In this document: positions 63,176-64,000 of the stretch, piece by piece
Layout: every line of letters starts with the position of its first letter
Position numbering within the stretch: the first letter of the stretch is position 1
Assembly (NCBI GenBank): GCA_964106915.2
Contig: OZ066918.1
Strand: one strand, 5' to 3'
DNA from: Podarcis gaigeae
Lineage: Eukaryota
DNA: 64,000 nt
Notes under the pieces: generated by a model
What the model saw: the letters and a program-made list of their open reading frames with translations, nothing else
The model's database searches: none
What the model was told of the DNA's origin: nothing
Program-made: the position numbers and the translations under genes

Positions 63176-63551
63176 TACTTGTCCATCAAATTCTCACCAA
63201 CACCCAATATTCCTGATGTGACACATGGTTCATGATTTCAAATAATACCTTTTTAGACTTTTTGAAAAACCTGGACCCACTAGCATTATAAGGGTGCTCT
63301 GTTATAATATGGAATGAGACTGGAAGGACATAATATATTATTTTTAAAAAAAATATATAGGAGTGGTTCTCAACCATCTCACCTAAGATGACTTCAGAAG
63401 TTAGGATGAAACATGTGACATAAACATAGATGCAAACACTACCACAAAATGCACACAGCATTCCTATTTGTGTAGCCTTCCTGTTGCCACTTGTGGTATC
63501 CAGAATGTGGTTTTCTCCATATCCTGTGTGGTTGTTACATGCCACTACATA

Positions 63552-63776
63552 CAGTGGTACCTTGGGTTAAGAACTTAATTCGTTCCGGAGGTCCATTCTT
63601 AACCTGAAACTATTCTTAACATGAGGTACCATTTTAGCTAATGGGGTACTGTTGCCGCCGCCACCGCCAGAGCACAATTTCTGTTCTCATCCTGAAGCAA
63701 AGTTCTTAACCCGAGGTACTATTTCTGGGTTAGCGGAGTCTGTAACCTGTAGCGTCTGTAACCCAAGTTACCACTG
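63552..63776 (-). mobile_element. Tigger/pogo-like MITE, family A copy 5 (inverted orientation)
   Basis: TA-flanked; internal sequence is the reverse complement of copies 1-4. Confidence 0.88.
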
Positions 63777-64000
63777 TACTCTTTAAAGGTGAGAGTAGAA
63801 AATGTTTCGTATCCTCAAATGCCAAGATAAGGAGTAAGGGTGGAATCAATATTAAAGCCAGGAAGACTCAACTGATAGCATGGAATGTCACTAAACACTA
63901 TCATTTGCTTTGTGCCACTAGTATATAAAAAATAAGATGCCACCTGGGGCAAATCTGTATTGCATCTCCTCCTCGATGCAAAAAAGGATCTATTTCGCAA

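Noticed and set aside
18794-63776. Repeated ~240-bp units or CTTCAGGTTA repeats as a CRISPR-like or novel array
   Set aside because: Dispersed, TA-flanked and TIR-bounded: ordinary MITE copies in a eukaryotic genome.

Overview
Vertebrate genomic DNA, very likely a squamate and probably a lacertid lizard (inferred from Sauria/Squam1 SINEs and a Squam3-type SINE with a (CTT/CTC)n tail). The only supported protein-coding gene is the 3' part of MGMT (O6-methylguanine-DNA methyltransferase) on the minus strand. Three coding exons are present: 58774-58614, 31779-31640 and 17543-17412, the last carrying the PCHRV active site. They splice in frame via GT-AG introns of about 26.8 kb and 14.1 kb. The first coding exon lies beyond the right edge, and 1-~16.7 kb is 3' intergenic sequence, towards EBF3 if human synteny holds. 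The rest is intronic or intergenic: TA-flanked Tigger/pogo-like MITEs (five copies of one young family plus related families), hAT MITEs, a Tc2-like MITE, SINEs, L2/CR1/RTE fragments, two solo LTRs, microsatellites and five N-runs. The other ORF-track entries look spurious or TE-derived. I found no convincing new multi-gene system. The best leads are a CxxC-containing loop in MGMT exon 3, inverted MITEs bracketing that weak-donor exon, a 90-bp near-perfect palindrome in the last intron, an inverted duplication that preserves its own pre-insertion site, co-varying TIRs, a sense solo LTR upstream of the catalytic exon, and candidate conserved enhancers of the EBF3/MGMT regulatory block.
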